From: the human T2T-CHM13v2.0 reference genome, Homo sapiens
DNA: 64,000 nucleotides
Assembly (NCBI RefSeq): GCF_009914755.1
Contig: NC_060947.1
Direction: 5' to 3' (one strand)
Below, in pieces: positions 42,860 to 55,697 of this stretch (the stretch's first letter is position 1; each line of letters opens with the position of its first letter). The position numbers and the translations under genes were made by a program. The notes beneath the pieces were generated by a model, which did no database searches, was not told where the DNA came from, and worked only from the letters and a program-made list of their open reading frames with translations.

Positions 42860-44390
42860 ACACCACAGGTGAAGTAATTGGTCACTTACCAGTGTCTCCC
42901 CACTTAGATTCCAAAGTCCACTGTATCAATGACATCATGCTAACAACTGGATGAGCAAGACATGGCAGAGATTTTAGAGGCCTTTGAAAGACATAAGCAC
43001 TTCAGAGAGTGGTAGATTAAGCCCACGAAGATTCAGAGACCTTCCATATCAATGAAGTATTTAAGGGGCTACTGGTCAGGGGCATGCTAGGACCACCCCT
43101 CCAAAGTCAGAGGCAAATGATTGTATCTCACACCTCCTACAACTAAGAAGGAAGCACAATGCCATGTAGGCCTCTTTGGGTCTGGAAGCAGGGGACCAAG
43201 GGGTGAAATGACCCCACTTATTATCTCTCCTAGTGATCCACATGGGAATTTGTGCTTCCTGTCCCCACAATACAGTCACCACTAGCCAAATTCATCTATT
43301 TAAATTTAAATTAAGATAAAATTAGTTGTTATTTTATCTGAATTTTAGATAATTAAAATTCAGTTCTTCAGACACACCAGGTACATTTCAAGTACTCAGT
43401 AGGCACATGCAGCTAGTGGCTACCTTATTGAACAGTGGATCCTGGCTATTCAAATGGAAATGCTTCCACCAGTAGACACAGTAGGAGCCCCACTGAATTA
43501 CGAGCCATGGCTGATAACTGAATTACAAGTCATGGGAACCTTGGGTTCATTCCTCCTGCTATGGCTGTGGGACTAAGCAGGTGTAAAGAAGAGTAGCCAC
43601 TCTGTCAGGGGTATTGGCTCTGATCATCAGGAGGAGGCAGGGTTGTTCTTACACACTGTGAACAGAGAAGGATATATTTGGCACCCAGGTGATCCATTTG
43701 AATGTCTCCTAATAATTCCCTGCCCAATTTTTATGGTAAATGGACACATGCAATTTCCACAGTCTGAGAAGGGCACGGGGACCATGGGCTCAGAAACAAT
43801 CCTCAGGGATAAAGGTCTGTTACTCGACCAGCCAGGTCACTGAGAACGGCAGACATGGTGGCTGAGACTGAGGGTACTCTAGAATGGATAGTAGATGAAG
43901 AAGACCATGAGCATCAGTTGTGGCTTCAAAGCCAGCTGCAGTCATGCAGGCCATACACTGTCCCACTACCCTGCCTCATGTTCACCTCCCTAGGAAAAGG
44001 GCCAAGCCAAACCCTGGAGAAGTTATTCCCAAATGAGGGGAGCATCCTGTGTGAAGCAAGCCCATCTGAGGCCTGCAAGGCATGGGCTGTAGTCGATGCT
44101 GTGGTCGTTCCACAGCCCAGCCCAATGGCGGAGGTCATCATTCCACTGCCTGCCAAAGGTGTTGCTTGATGATGGCACATAACTAAGTCTCTCTCCAAAT
44201 ATCAGTCAAGGGGTCAATGAAGGGTGGAGAGTACCAACACCTGGACTCCAGCCTCTACTTGCAACATCTCTATAGAATCTTCCCAACCATAGAGCTCCCT
44301 CAGGGACTGACTGAGACGTCTGATTCAACTGTCATAAAACAACTCCACTTTCCTCCCAATTCTACTTCCCTCACTCTATTACAGGTGGTT
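42860..44390 (+). mobile_element. Degenerate ERVL internal sequence (pol/dUTPase-like) plus LTR16-like end, with a MER3-like insert at ~43285-43435
   Basis: RT-like GTCCACTGTATCAATGACATCATGCT (degraded HYIDDIML); CCTCCTACAACTAAGAAGGAAGCACAA (PPTTKKEAQ) typical of ERVL pol. Confidence 0.6.
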
Positions 44391-44392
44391 TC

Positions 44393-44698
<306 letters not shown>

Positions 44699-44746
44699 TA
44701 CAGGTGTTATTTTCCAAAGCACATGTCCTATCCTTTCAAGTTGCAG

Positions 44747-47700
44747 GGATGAACTAGTGAAGGCCCCAAACATTGACCAACTGGCATCCCACAGCCTCCT
44801 CTTCCAGAATGCCTTTGCGCAGGTATGTCTGGGAACCTCTAGCTGTGGGTGTGTGCTGCTTCGTGCACTGAGGGTTGGGGGCGGGGAGCTTCAGCTACTG
44901 TCAGATGGCACAGATTGTGCGGGACATCTTGTTAGAGGGAAGCATAGTCTGGAAAATGGTAGTGGAGAAAATCTGGTTTTCCACTCATGGGAAAGCTTGA
45001 CCTTCAAGGGTGGCCTTCTCCTTGGGTGCAAGGTGCGCCCTGGCCCTGATGTGTTCATGGCAGCCCTGGCCAGCTTTCTCCCAGAACGGGCGCTTGCCTG
45101 GTGCTCAGAAGGAAGGGGTGCTGCAGAAGGGCACCCACAGGTCTGCAGACTGGGCCTCAGGTGAGAGCTAGCCAGGGTGGCTCTGCTCCCTGGACCCCCT
45201 CATGGCTCTGCCCCCAGCAACACTGGCCGCTCTGTGTGCCTGGGGAGGCCATTGCGTAGGAGGAGATAAGCAACTGCTGGTTTCAGGGGCTGATTGCTTC
45301 CCTTTTCTCTCCCGGAAGCAGTCTGTTGCCTAGGTGACACCCAAATCCCAGTGTCTGGTTTGAGCTCTGCATGACTCAGCTACCAAGCTGTTTGCTAGGG
45401 GCCTCGGGAGGGCGGTTGCTTGGTTACCTAAGAGATGGCAGACATGTTTTGCTGTGGCGATGCTTACCTCTGCTTCTGCTCCCTAACAGCAAGCAGTGTG
45501 CGCCCCGAGCCGCGTTTCTTTCCTCACTGGCAGGAGACCTGACACCACCCGCCTGTACGACTTCAACTCCTACTGGAGGGTGCACGCTGGAAACTTCTCC
45601 ACCATCCCCCAGTACTTCAAGGAGAATGGCTATGTGACCATGTCGGTGGGAAAAGTCTTTCACCCTGGTACTGCTCCACGTCCAGAGTCTGGGTTCTCTT
45701 GGTTTGTGGTGTCTGAATCCAGCATTCCCATCCTGGGGATGGGGCTGTCTTTGCAGAGCCCTCTTCTGGCTGGGCGAGTCCTTCGCTAGTCAGTGCTTCC
45801 TTTCTAAAAAACCGACTTGTCAACCCAGCCACATGTTTTCACCCAAAGTGAAAAAGGGTAGAAAGAACTTTGCTTCCTTTCAGAAACCACTGAGGGTGTG
45901 CTGTTGGGTCCTTCAGCTCCTCGGGTGGTAGGGAGGACACAGGCTGGGGAGGTGGCAGTGTTGGGTGGAGTCCAGCTCAGGGCCCCACCCTCTCCCCTGC
46001 AGGGTACCTGTCAGTAAACCTAGGGGTGGGGTGAGGACACCTGAGGGCCTCCCGTGTGGCCAGCATTGCTGTTGCTGACTTATTGCCCAGTGAGGGGGCT
46101 GTGCTTAGGTGGGGGCTGCTATCCACTCTGTGAATTAGGTCAGAAAGATGAGTGTAATCTGGTTTCTGCACCTGGTCTCAGAAGCTCCCAGGTCTGGGAA
46201 TGGGAAAGCGCACTTCAACAGGTGTCTCAGGTGGTCTGGCCACCTCTCTTTGAGTTCATCCTTCCCTTGGCCTACCTGTGCTGCCACATCCTCATCTTGG
46301 GCCTCTGGGGCAGAAGCTAGAAACCTCTGGGCATGGGATTTAACAGGCTGCCTGAGCTGGCTGTCAAGGTCACTGGGCTCTTGTTCCTCCTGATCTCAAG
46401 ATGGATCCTTGGGGCCCACACAGGCATGCGTTCTCCTTAGCCAGACTTCCCCGTATTTGCTCCTGGCTGCAGCAGCACAGGCTGAGGCCCGGCACCAGAT
46501 GTTCAATACGATCTTGCAGTCAGGCGGTCCACAGCTATTTCTGTAGCATTTGCCATGTGTCAGACCCTGTGCCAGGCCTGGGGGCCCCCTCTGCCTGGTG
46601 CAGGGCAGCTCACAAAAGCTGGCAGAGGCCGAAGGCTGCGTGCCAGTATTCAGAATGCCACAGAGCGCCTGGCTGCTGTACCTTCAGAGCCTCCACAGGC
46701 ACCCCAGTCAGAGTTCCGGGAGTGGATTCCTGAGGTCGCACTGCCGGGGTCCCTCACTTTGCCATCCTGCAGGCTTCTCGATCCTCGACCTTTTAGATTC
46801 CCGCCACACTGAATCTAAAAGGGACAATGTGACCTCTAAGCTGGTGGCCTAGGAGCCTGCCGATAACCTACCCATTCATCAGCCCTCGTGGGTCAAGGCT
46901 GCCTCGTCCTCCCCGAGAGAGTGGAGAGGTCGAGCAGTGGGGATGCCCCTCAGGCCCCGGGGCTTACTGACTGGGGCGGGTGTCAGGGGGAACTCCCTCT
47001 CTTTCTGAGCTTCACTGAGCTATCTGAAAGTCCCCACCATACTCCCCAGTACTGACAGCCAGAGGGAGGAACGGCTCACCAGAATCATTGGGCATCTCTG
47101 ATGGGCATCAAGTCTGCTTTGATTATTGATGAGTGGGTAAGAGGGTCCTCTCAACTTGGGGTCTCCTTGGGAAAGCACTGTCAACTCAGAACAGGTTTCA
47201 GCCCTGTTCTGGAGACCACAGGCCCTGGAAGGCTGGGACATCATTTGCAGCCCCAGCGTCATCTATTAGACGGAGCCAGCAAGGTCTCATGCTGTGCGGT
47301 ACATTTCAACACTTTCTCAAATTTACCCGTGGCAGCTTTTGGTGTGTTTGGTTATTTTTATAACACTACTCACTGTACAATTTCTGTCATGCACATTTTT
47401 TGTATCAAAAAGGGTGCTGTAACTTTAAAAGACTGGGTATTTCCAACTTGGAATATTCAAACCATCTTTTGCAAGGGATGTTTTAAATCAACATGAAGGG
47501 TTGTGTTGTTTTTAATCAGGGTTAAGGATCTGGAATCAAAGGTTTTGGTTTACTCCATCTATGGCGTATCTTAAAAACTGAGCAAGATGTCCTTGCCTTT
47601 TTTGAATTTGATGATTGTGCTGCAGTTCCACAGCTCACTGTTAGGTGGCACATACCCCAAACTGAAAACCTGAGCTTGGAGGAAATGAGTGAAAAGATAG

Positions 47701-47783
47701 GTAGGTACAGGACAGGGCAGTGGTGACACTACAGCATTCAGGGTTCCCAGCCTGTCAAGAATGAGCATGTCTTAGCAGTGAGG
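44747..47783 (+). pseudogene. IDSP1: IDS2/IDSP1 unprocessed partial pseudogene, inverted relative to IDS: exon-2 remnant 44747-44822, intron 2, exon 3 45490-45667, intron-3 part to 46163, intron-7 part 46159-47783
   Basis: Reverse-complement identity to IDS ~22559-23973 (coordinate sum 68720) and ~7163-8756 (sum ~54941 in the core); duplicated ORFs in the track; no exon 1 or exons 4-9. Confidence 0.95.
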
Positions 47784-48139
47784 CATTTCCACATCTTCTC
47801 AAATCCACCTGTGGCAGTTTTTGGTGTCTTTGGTTATTTTTATAACCCTAAATATTTATATACAATTTATATACATGTACAAAAGGGACATGTACATTAT
47901 ATATTTTGATACAAAATATGCACAAGTACATATTTTGTATCAAAAAAAGGTTCTCAGGAGAATTCCACTTCCATTAAGCTGGAGTAGACATACTTTTCCC
48001 TATTCTTCCGACTAAGTGACCTAAAACCCCTTGATAATATACACAAAACAAACATAAGACTCTGAAAGGTGGAGTGAAGGCAGATCAGACGGGGACCTTG
48101 TGACCTGAGGAACAATGGAGTTAATTAGTTCTCTGGTGT

Positions 48140-48530
48140 GTGTCTCTCTCTCTTTCTTTCTTTCCCTCTCCTCTCCTTTCCCATTCCTCCCTTCCCCTCT
48201 TTTTCTCTTTCTTTTCCTCTCTTTCCCCTTCCCTCTCTTCCTCTCTCTCTCCCTCTCCTCTCCTTTCCCCTTCCTCCCTTCCTCTCTCTCCCTCTCTCCC
48301 TCTCCTCCTCTCTTTCCCTCTCCTCCTCTCTTTCCCTCTCCTCTCCCCTTCCTCCCTTCCTCTCTCTCTCTCTCTCTCCCTCTCCTCCTCTCTCTCTTTC
48401 CCTCTCCTCTCCTCTCCTTTCCCCTTCCTCCCTCCCTCTCTCTCCACCCTCTTTCTTTCCCTCTCCTCTCCTTTCCCCTTCCTCCCTTTCTCTCCCGTCC
48501 TCTTTCTCCCTCTCTCTTTTCTTTCTTTGC
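48140..48530 (+). repeat. ~0.4 kb (CT/CCT)-rich polypyrimidine tract
   Basis: Directly visible; recurring TTTCCCTCTCCTCTCC units. Confidence 0.92.
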
Positions 48531-50181
48531 CCATATATACCAGACATGGAGCTGAAGGAGCTGGGATCTAGAAATGTCAACAAACACAGAGGAAAGAAGA
48601 AAGAAGGAATGAAGGAAAAGAGGGAGGAAAGGGGGACGGGAAGGGAGGGAGGAAAGAAGGACCAAAGCCAGAGGACCAGGAAAGTTGTGACTTAGCAAGA
48701 TAGAAAACTTTTAGACAGTGAGCTGCTTTACTCTAGTTAACACCACAGAAATATAGTTTGATCCCCACTTCCACACATGCCAGCAAAGGCCAACTAGGGG
48801 GCTCAGTGTAACATGCTTGCTAAGCTGTAACATCCCTCCTGTCTACCTTGGTGCTGTCGGAGGTGGCCAATTAGGGAGCTGGCACTTTCATCCCTGCCAG
48901 GCAACAGCAAGTCCCCATCCCCTAAGGTGTCTGTGCAGGTGATATTGGATACAGTGCTGAAAAATATCGAACCCTCCCAGCCACAAAGGTATGAGTACAG
49001 CCCCAGATCAGATCCAAAAAGTCCACTCCTGCCCAGCAGAAACAAGGAGCCCCTCACCCATTTCAGGGATCAATGGAGGCCATGTGGCGAAGGTAGACTA
49101 CTGCACTCACCACGCAGTAATGCAGCGTGTTCCTTCCCTTTCTTCTGCTGGAGTGATGTCAGAGGATGCCAGCTAAAACAAAGTTTAAATAACACCTTCA
49201 ACCTACTAACATAATATGAAAATCTCTAGATTTCAATCAAAAGTTACACATCATACCCAGAACCAGGAAGATCTCAAATGGAATGACAGGATACAATCAA
49301 GAGATGTCAACACTGATGACAAAGATGTTAGAATTATCTGTAAAAAAATTGAAAGCCACCATTATATGCTTCATTAAGCAATTAAGAACGCATTTGAAAC
49401 AAACTAAAAATAGAAAGTCTCAGCCAAAAAAAAAATAAATAAATAGAAGACATAATGAAGAACCAAATGGAAATTTTAGAACTGAAAAATACCATAACTG
49501 AAATTTTAAAAACTCTATAAAGGAATCACTGGCAGAATAGACAGAACAGAGGAAAGAACCAGTGAACTTGAAGACAGAACAGAAATTTCCCATTCTGAAA
49601 AATGAATAGAAAATGCATGGGAAAACAAGATGGACAGAGCTTTAGGGACCTGTGGGACTATGAACAATGATCTCACATCTGTGTCATAAGGGTTCCAGGG
49701 GAGATGGGAAAAAGTGTGGGGCTGAAAAATCAAAGAAGCAATGGCTGAAAATTTCCCAAATTTGACAAAAGACATAACTCTGCAGACTTCAGAAGCTGAA
49801 CGAATCCCAAAGAGAATAAATCCAAAGAAATTCCACACTAAAACACTTGAGTTAAACTTCTGAGAACTATTAAATAAAAACAAAAAAAAATTAACTGAGC
49901 ATGGTAGCTCATATCTGTAGCCCTAGCTACCTGGGAGGCTGAGGTGGGAGGATTGCTTGAGCCCAAAAGTTCAAGGTTACAGTCAGCTATGATTGCAATG
50001 CTGCTCTGCAGCCAGGGCAATGAAGGGAGACCCTGTCTTTAAAATAATAATAATAATGATAATCATTAAAAAAAAAAAAAATCTTGGAAGCAATGCGAGA
50101 GAAATGACACCTTACCAAACCATGGATACCAAAAGGAAGTGGCACAACTTTTTTCAAGGGCTTACAGAAAATAGCTTTCAC

Positions 50182-50483
<302 letters not shown>

Positions 50484-53400
50484 TCAACTCAGAATCTTAC
50501 ATCCTGTGAAAGCATCCCTCCAAAATGACATTCCATGGCCACATAGGTTTGAAAACCATGTTCTAGACTAACCAGTTCATTTTCTAGATAGCACAACTGA
50601 GATTATTCAAAGAACATACAGGATTTTTCCAAGATCACATTGCAGTCCCTTGAACACTGTTGGAAATCTCTGAAATTTGCAAAGCTGAGAGACCAAAAAA
50701 AAAAAAAAATCTTTCATCAGTGTTGCTGGAATAATCTCCAACCTGTAAATGTAGAAGCAAATCTTGAGAACCTGAGTCCCAGAAAGAGACAACACAAGGT
50801 GCAAGGGTATGTCCCAGCAACAGCCCTGTGACATGAGTGGCATTTGTACCTCCTGGTTTATAGGAGTGGAGGAGACACAGAGAGACGAGTAACCAACAAG
50901 GTCACACAGGAAGACAAAGAGCTAACATTCAAACCCAGGTCTGCTAGACACCAAAGCTCAGGCTCTGGGCCTCATTGTTACATACCTCATGGCCATTCTC
51001 AGCCTTTCTGTGTGTCTCTATGCATTGCTCCAGCATATGAACTACAAGGACCCAGAGGATGCAAACAATGGGCTCCTATGTCAATGCCTGGGCTGACCCA
51101 TACAGGCCATTTGTAAAGAAAATGCAAACAGTGTTGCCATGTTTTCATGGTACCAAGCATTAGGAATTTGGGTTTGTTTTAACATCCATTGTTCTATATC
51201 TGAAATCTGATGTAAAATGCCTTGGGAAAGTTAGAAAGATGAAGAAGGCAGGAATGGTTAGAGGAGGGAAAGGACAGAGGAAATAGTTTACAATGTATGG
51301 ACATATTCGTCTTAGCACCTCAAACTTACACTCACATCCCCCAAGAACTACACAGAACTTTCTGCCATGGAAGCCACTCACTGATCATGACTCTCATCAC
51401 AGCCCACCTTTAATTAAAAGTGAAGCTGTATGAGTCAGCCAGCAGATGGCAAAATGAGGAACCAAGGAACATATGACTAAGGTCAAACATTAGCTGGTGT
51501 CATTTCATAAATGAAGTGGGCCTCTTTCCTAAAGCTTTTTCCAAGTATCATCTGCAAATGTTCCAGTTGGGTGCTACAACATGCAGAGGCCACCCTGTCT
51601 CATCGTCTTGTCTTCACCACCCACCCTTCTCTTTCAAAGGCAGTATGATCAGACACAGTAGACGGGGGGCCTATCCTACCAAATCCCACCTGGCCCTGGA
51701 TGCTGCAGCTTAGGGCATCCAAGAGCCCACCAGGGCAAGCCTGCACTGTACCTTCTTTCTCTGGGTTGTCAGTGGCAGGCCACTCTGCTCAGGCCTGCCA
51801 AGTGAGGGTGGTACACTGGGCAAATCAACTTTCTGGTAGAAGCACAGGAACATCTGGCCCCAACACTCTTCTCTCCCTCTGCCTACCCCACAGTAATCCT
51901 CAGAACCTAGAGACCTAATGACAACTCTCCAAACTTCATTCTAAAGTCAGGAACAAGAATTGGAAACCTCATCACAAGTCAGAAGATTGAGACATGCTTA
52001 AGGTTACTACCTATGTGTTCAGATTAGCAAGGACAGGAGCACACTGTAGGTACCAACCGCTTATCCATGGAAGGCTGCTCCTGAGCTGCACTGGGCTGCA
52101 TGTTATATTTGTGTGCCTGTTGTCTACAAACACTCCTATCCCATCAGAAGTACACAAGGGTTTGTCAGATGACTTACTGGCCACGAGTGAATCAATGAAT
52201 TCTTCTCAGGAAGAGAACCAGTTTGCCTTTTAAAAATGCTGACAGTGAAACCCAAGTGAGGAAACTCACCTGCTGCACCCAGCGTGCAGCCCACACTCCT
52301 TCAGTGGTCCTTTAGGAGTTGGAACCAATCTAGTTTCCCAGCCTCTTCTCCCATGACTTCACTCTACGAATGCGTCTGCTCCAGCCACGAACCTTCTCTG
52401 GGCTCCTCGAATGTACCTAACCCTTTCAGGCTGTCCTTCCCCCATTTCCCACCTAACAAAACCCTTTTGACCTTCAAGGCCCAGCTCAAACACCCCCTCC
52501 TCTACGAAGCCTCCCCCAGCCCCCTGCCCAGAGTGAGCAGTTCCTTCCTCTTCACATTCACCTAACTCCTCTTGCCTGTAAGATGCCCCCTTACAAGTAA
52601 CAAAGACATGAGTGTGCACCTACCTTCAAGGAGCCTCTTTCAGGAGGGGGCCTGGCTTCCATCTGCTTTCTGACATACTTTGCATGGAGATCTGCCCTCT
52701 CCTGCCAGGCTGTGCTCACACCAATACCAAGAGATCACGAGACGCCCTGCCAGCAAATGCCCTGGAAGCACATCCCCTTCATGCCCCTGGCAGTCATCTA
52801 ATGTACACACAAGATCAAAGCAGCTCTCAGGTGGCCTGTTGCAGGGCACAGCACAGTTCTGCCTATGCCAAGGCAGATGCTGGGCCCTTCCCTATTGTGT
52901 TCAGCACGCACCCATTCTCCAGGGCACCTTTTCTGAGCATTAATTTATCCAGTCAGTTAATATGGATTGCACAGCCTGCTATATGCCAGGTACCATGTGG
53001 ACCCCATCACCCGTACCCAATGCAGGCCCCTCTAGTGGGCAACCCTTGCTCCACACCTCCCTGTTGGGCTGCTCGAGACTGTCAGGTCGGGCTCAACCTG
53101 CTCTCCAGCCCTGTTTCCTTCCTATCCCTTTCCTGAGTGTTAGTTAGCCCCAGTAAATCTTTGGCCCTGCCAACTCCCTCTCATGGTCTGCTTCCTGGAG
53201 GACACAATCTGAGACAGTGGGTTCCAGAGTGGTCTGAGAAAGCAGGTGGTAAAATGGGGTCTTGGTACAGGATTGCCCCGCATCTGCCCAACTGGCAACA
53301 AGGTTCCCATCTTCGGGAGTAGGTGGCACGCAGGCGGCTCCAGGCACAAGATGGCAGGCTAGTTGCCAGACCTTTGGTGTTAGAACTTTTGCTGGGATGG

Positions 53401-54649
53401 CCGGCTTGTGGAGAGGAAGTTCCTGGCAGGTGAGGAGATCCAGGCAGGGCGGATGCCTGGAAATGAAAACTCAGAGAACAGACAGTGGTGAGTATATTTC
53501 CTGGATGACCCACAGGGGATTAATGAGAGGCCAAGAGCAATTAACAAACATCTAAAAATTAAGCAGAAACACTGGAGTCTTCCTGGTGGTTTACAAAGTA
53601 GCCCCCGATCCAGGCAATGGGCGAGCAGCAAAATCTGAAGAACAAACCCAGGACTTGCTAAGGTGGCTGAACTCCGAAGACGGGTGAACGCTCAGCCAAG
53701 GCAGGTCTGTCATGCCAATGACACCAGCCCTGTTGGGAAAACCTGTGTCCCTGATACATGGAACAGGCACATCTAGGAGAAGGTCTCTGAATATCTGGTC
53801 TCCCCAGATGCCCTTGAAACTTCTGAGCCCGCAGCATCAGCCCACCCCCTCCCATGAAGCGCTGCAGGCACCCTATCCCGAAGGAGAAATAAATAACACA
53901 AGAATTTTCCCCACAGGTGTCCTCCCTCCCAGGAGTGGCCCTCACCTTATCACTGGCTGCCAGGTAGGGTGACCAACAGTCCCAGTTTGCTGAGTGAATT
54001 GCAGTGCTAAAAGCCGGCGAGTCCCAGGGAAGCAGGACGAATTGGTGAGCCGACTGCCAGACCCGTGACCAGAGTGAAGGTGCAGCGCAGCGCCATGCAG
54101 GCAGGGTGTGCTGGGTCTGGGAAGGGGGAAAGCGATGACACCCTCGAGGAGCTGCAGGATCAGCATGCACCTGCAGCGGCCAGGGGGGGTCCCTGTGGGA
54201 TGGGACCCGGATGCAGCTCAACCAGTGGGGACTTGGAGGCACTCTGCTGCTCAACACAACTGAATGCCCTGGTAGGGAGCCGAAGGGATGGGGCAAACCT
54301 GTTGATGGCATGGGATGGGCAACAGTGATGGTCCAGGCCTGAGTGACAGTGAAAGGCCCGAATTGTCACAGCAGACAGTGAAGGAAGGGATTCAAAGGCT
54401 AAGCAAAGTGAGCTTGCTGGAACTGGACAGAAGAGGTGAGGCCAGAAGACACCCCGGAGGATCAGGTTTCAGGAGAGGACCCAGAGGACACATGTGTCAG
54501 CAAGGGCATCAGGAATGTGCTGCAGAGAGGGCGCCAGCATCCTTCAGAGATCCAGCGCGGGAATCCTCTGCAGGCCAGGGCTGACCACAGGAGAGTGTCT
54601 TGCAGAACGGGGCGCACCGAGAACTGGAACCTGATAAGGGTGATGCAGC

Positions 54650-55697
54650 TTCGTCCTCCTCCTCGTTTCCTTCTCCTCCTCTCCTCCCCTCTTCCTCCTC
54701 TCCTAATTCTCTCTTCCTCCTCTCCATCTGCTGTCCTTCTTTCTTCTTCCTCCTCATTTCCTCCTCTTACTCTCCTCCTCCTCCCACCTCCTGCTCTCCT
54801 TCTCCTCTCCTCCTCCTCATCCTCTCCTCTCTCTCTCCTCTTCTCTCTTCTTCCTACTTTTCTCCTTCTCATTTCCTTCTCTCTTCCTCTCCTCCTTCTC
54901 TTCTCTCTTCCACCTCCTCCAACTCTGTTCCTCCTCCTCTCCTCTCCACTCCTCCCCCACCCCCTCCTCCTTTTCCTCTGCTCCTCTTATTCCACTCTTC
55001 CTCTTCCTCCTTTCCTCCTCCTCCTCTCCTCCTGGTCCTCCTTTCTTCAGCCTCCTCCTCTCTGCTTTCTCCTCTTCTCCGCCTTCTCCTTTCTTCCTCC
55101 ACCTCTCCTCTTCCTCCAAATCTCCTCCCCTTCCTCTCCTTCTCCTCCTCCTCTGCTCCTCCTCTCGTCCTGTCCTCCTCCTCCTACACCTCTCCTTTCC
55201 TCCCTCCTATTTCTCTCCTTCTCCCTTCCTCCCCGTCCTCCCCCCTCCTCTCCTCCTCTTTTCTCTCACTCCTCCTCTTCTCCTTCTCCTGTTTTCTCTT
55301 CCTCCTCCCCCCTCATCCCTCTCCTCTCCTTTTCTCCTCCTCTTTCTCATTTCCTCCTCTCCTCGACCTCCTCTCCTCATCTGCCTCTCCTTCTCCTTCT
55401 GTCCTTCTCTCCTCCTACTCCCCCCTCCTCCTCCTTACTTGCTCTTCTAGTCCTCTTCCTCTTCTTCCTTCTTTGCTGCTCCTCCTCCTCTTCTCCGTCT
55501 CCTCCTCTCCTCTTTCTTCTCTTTTCTGTGTCCTCCTCTCTTCCTTCACCTCTTGTCCTTGGTCTCATCTCCTCCTCCTCTCCTTCTCCTCCTCCTTCCC
55601 TCCTCCAACCCACTCCCTCTCCTCCCCCTCCCCCTCCTTTTTTCTTCCCTCCTCCTCCCTTCCAGCTCCTATTCCTCCACTTTACCTCTCTCCTCCT
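54650..55697 (+). repeat. ~1.05 kb (CCT/CTT)n polypyrimidine tract
   Basis: Directly visible; source of spurious long Leu/Ser/Pro and Arg/Glu/Gly ORFs. Confidence 0.95.

Noticed and set aside
44757-45789. IDS2 ORFs as a second functional sulfatase gene
   Set aside because: No exon 1 or signal peptide, exon 2 truncated before the DD motif, exons 4-9 absent
48021-48698. Multiple 140-225 aa ORFs
   Set aside because: Polypyrimidine repeat artefacts
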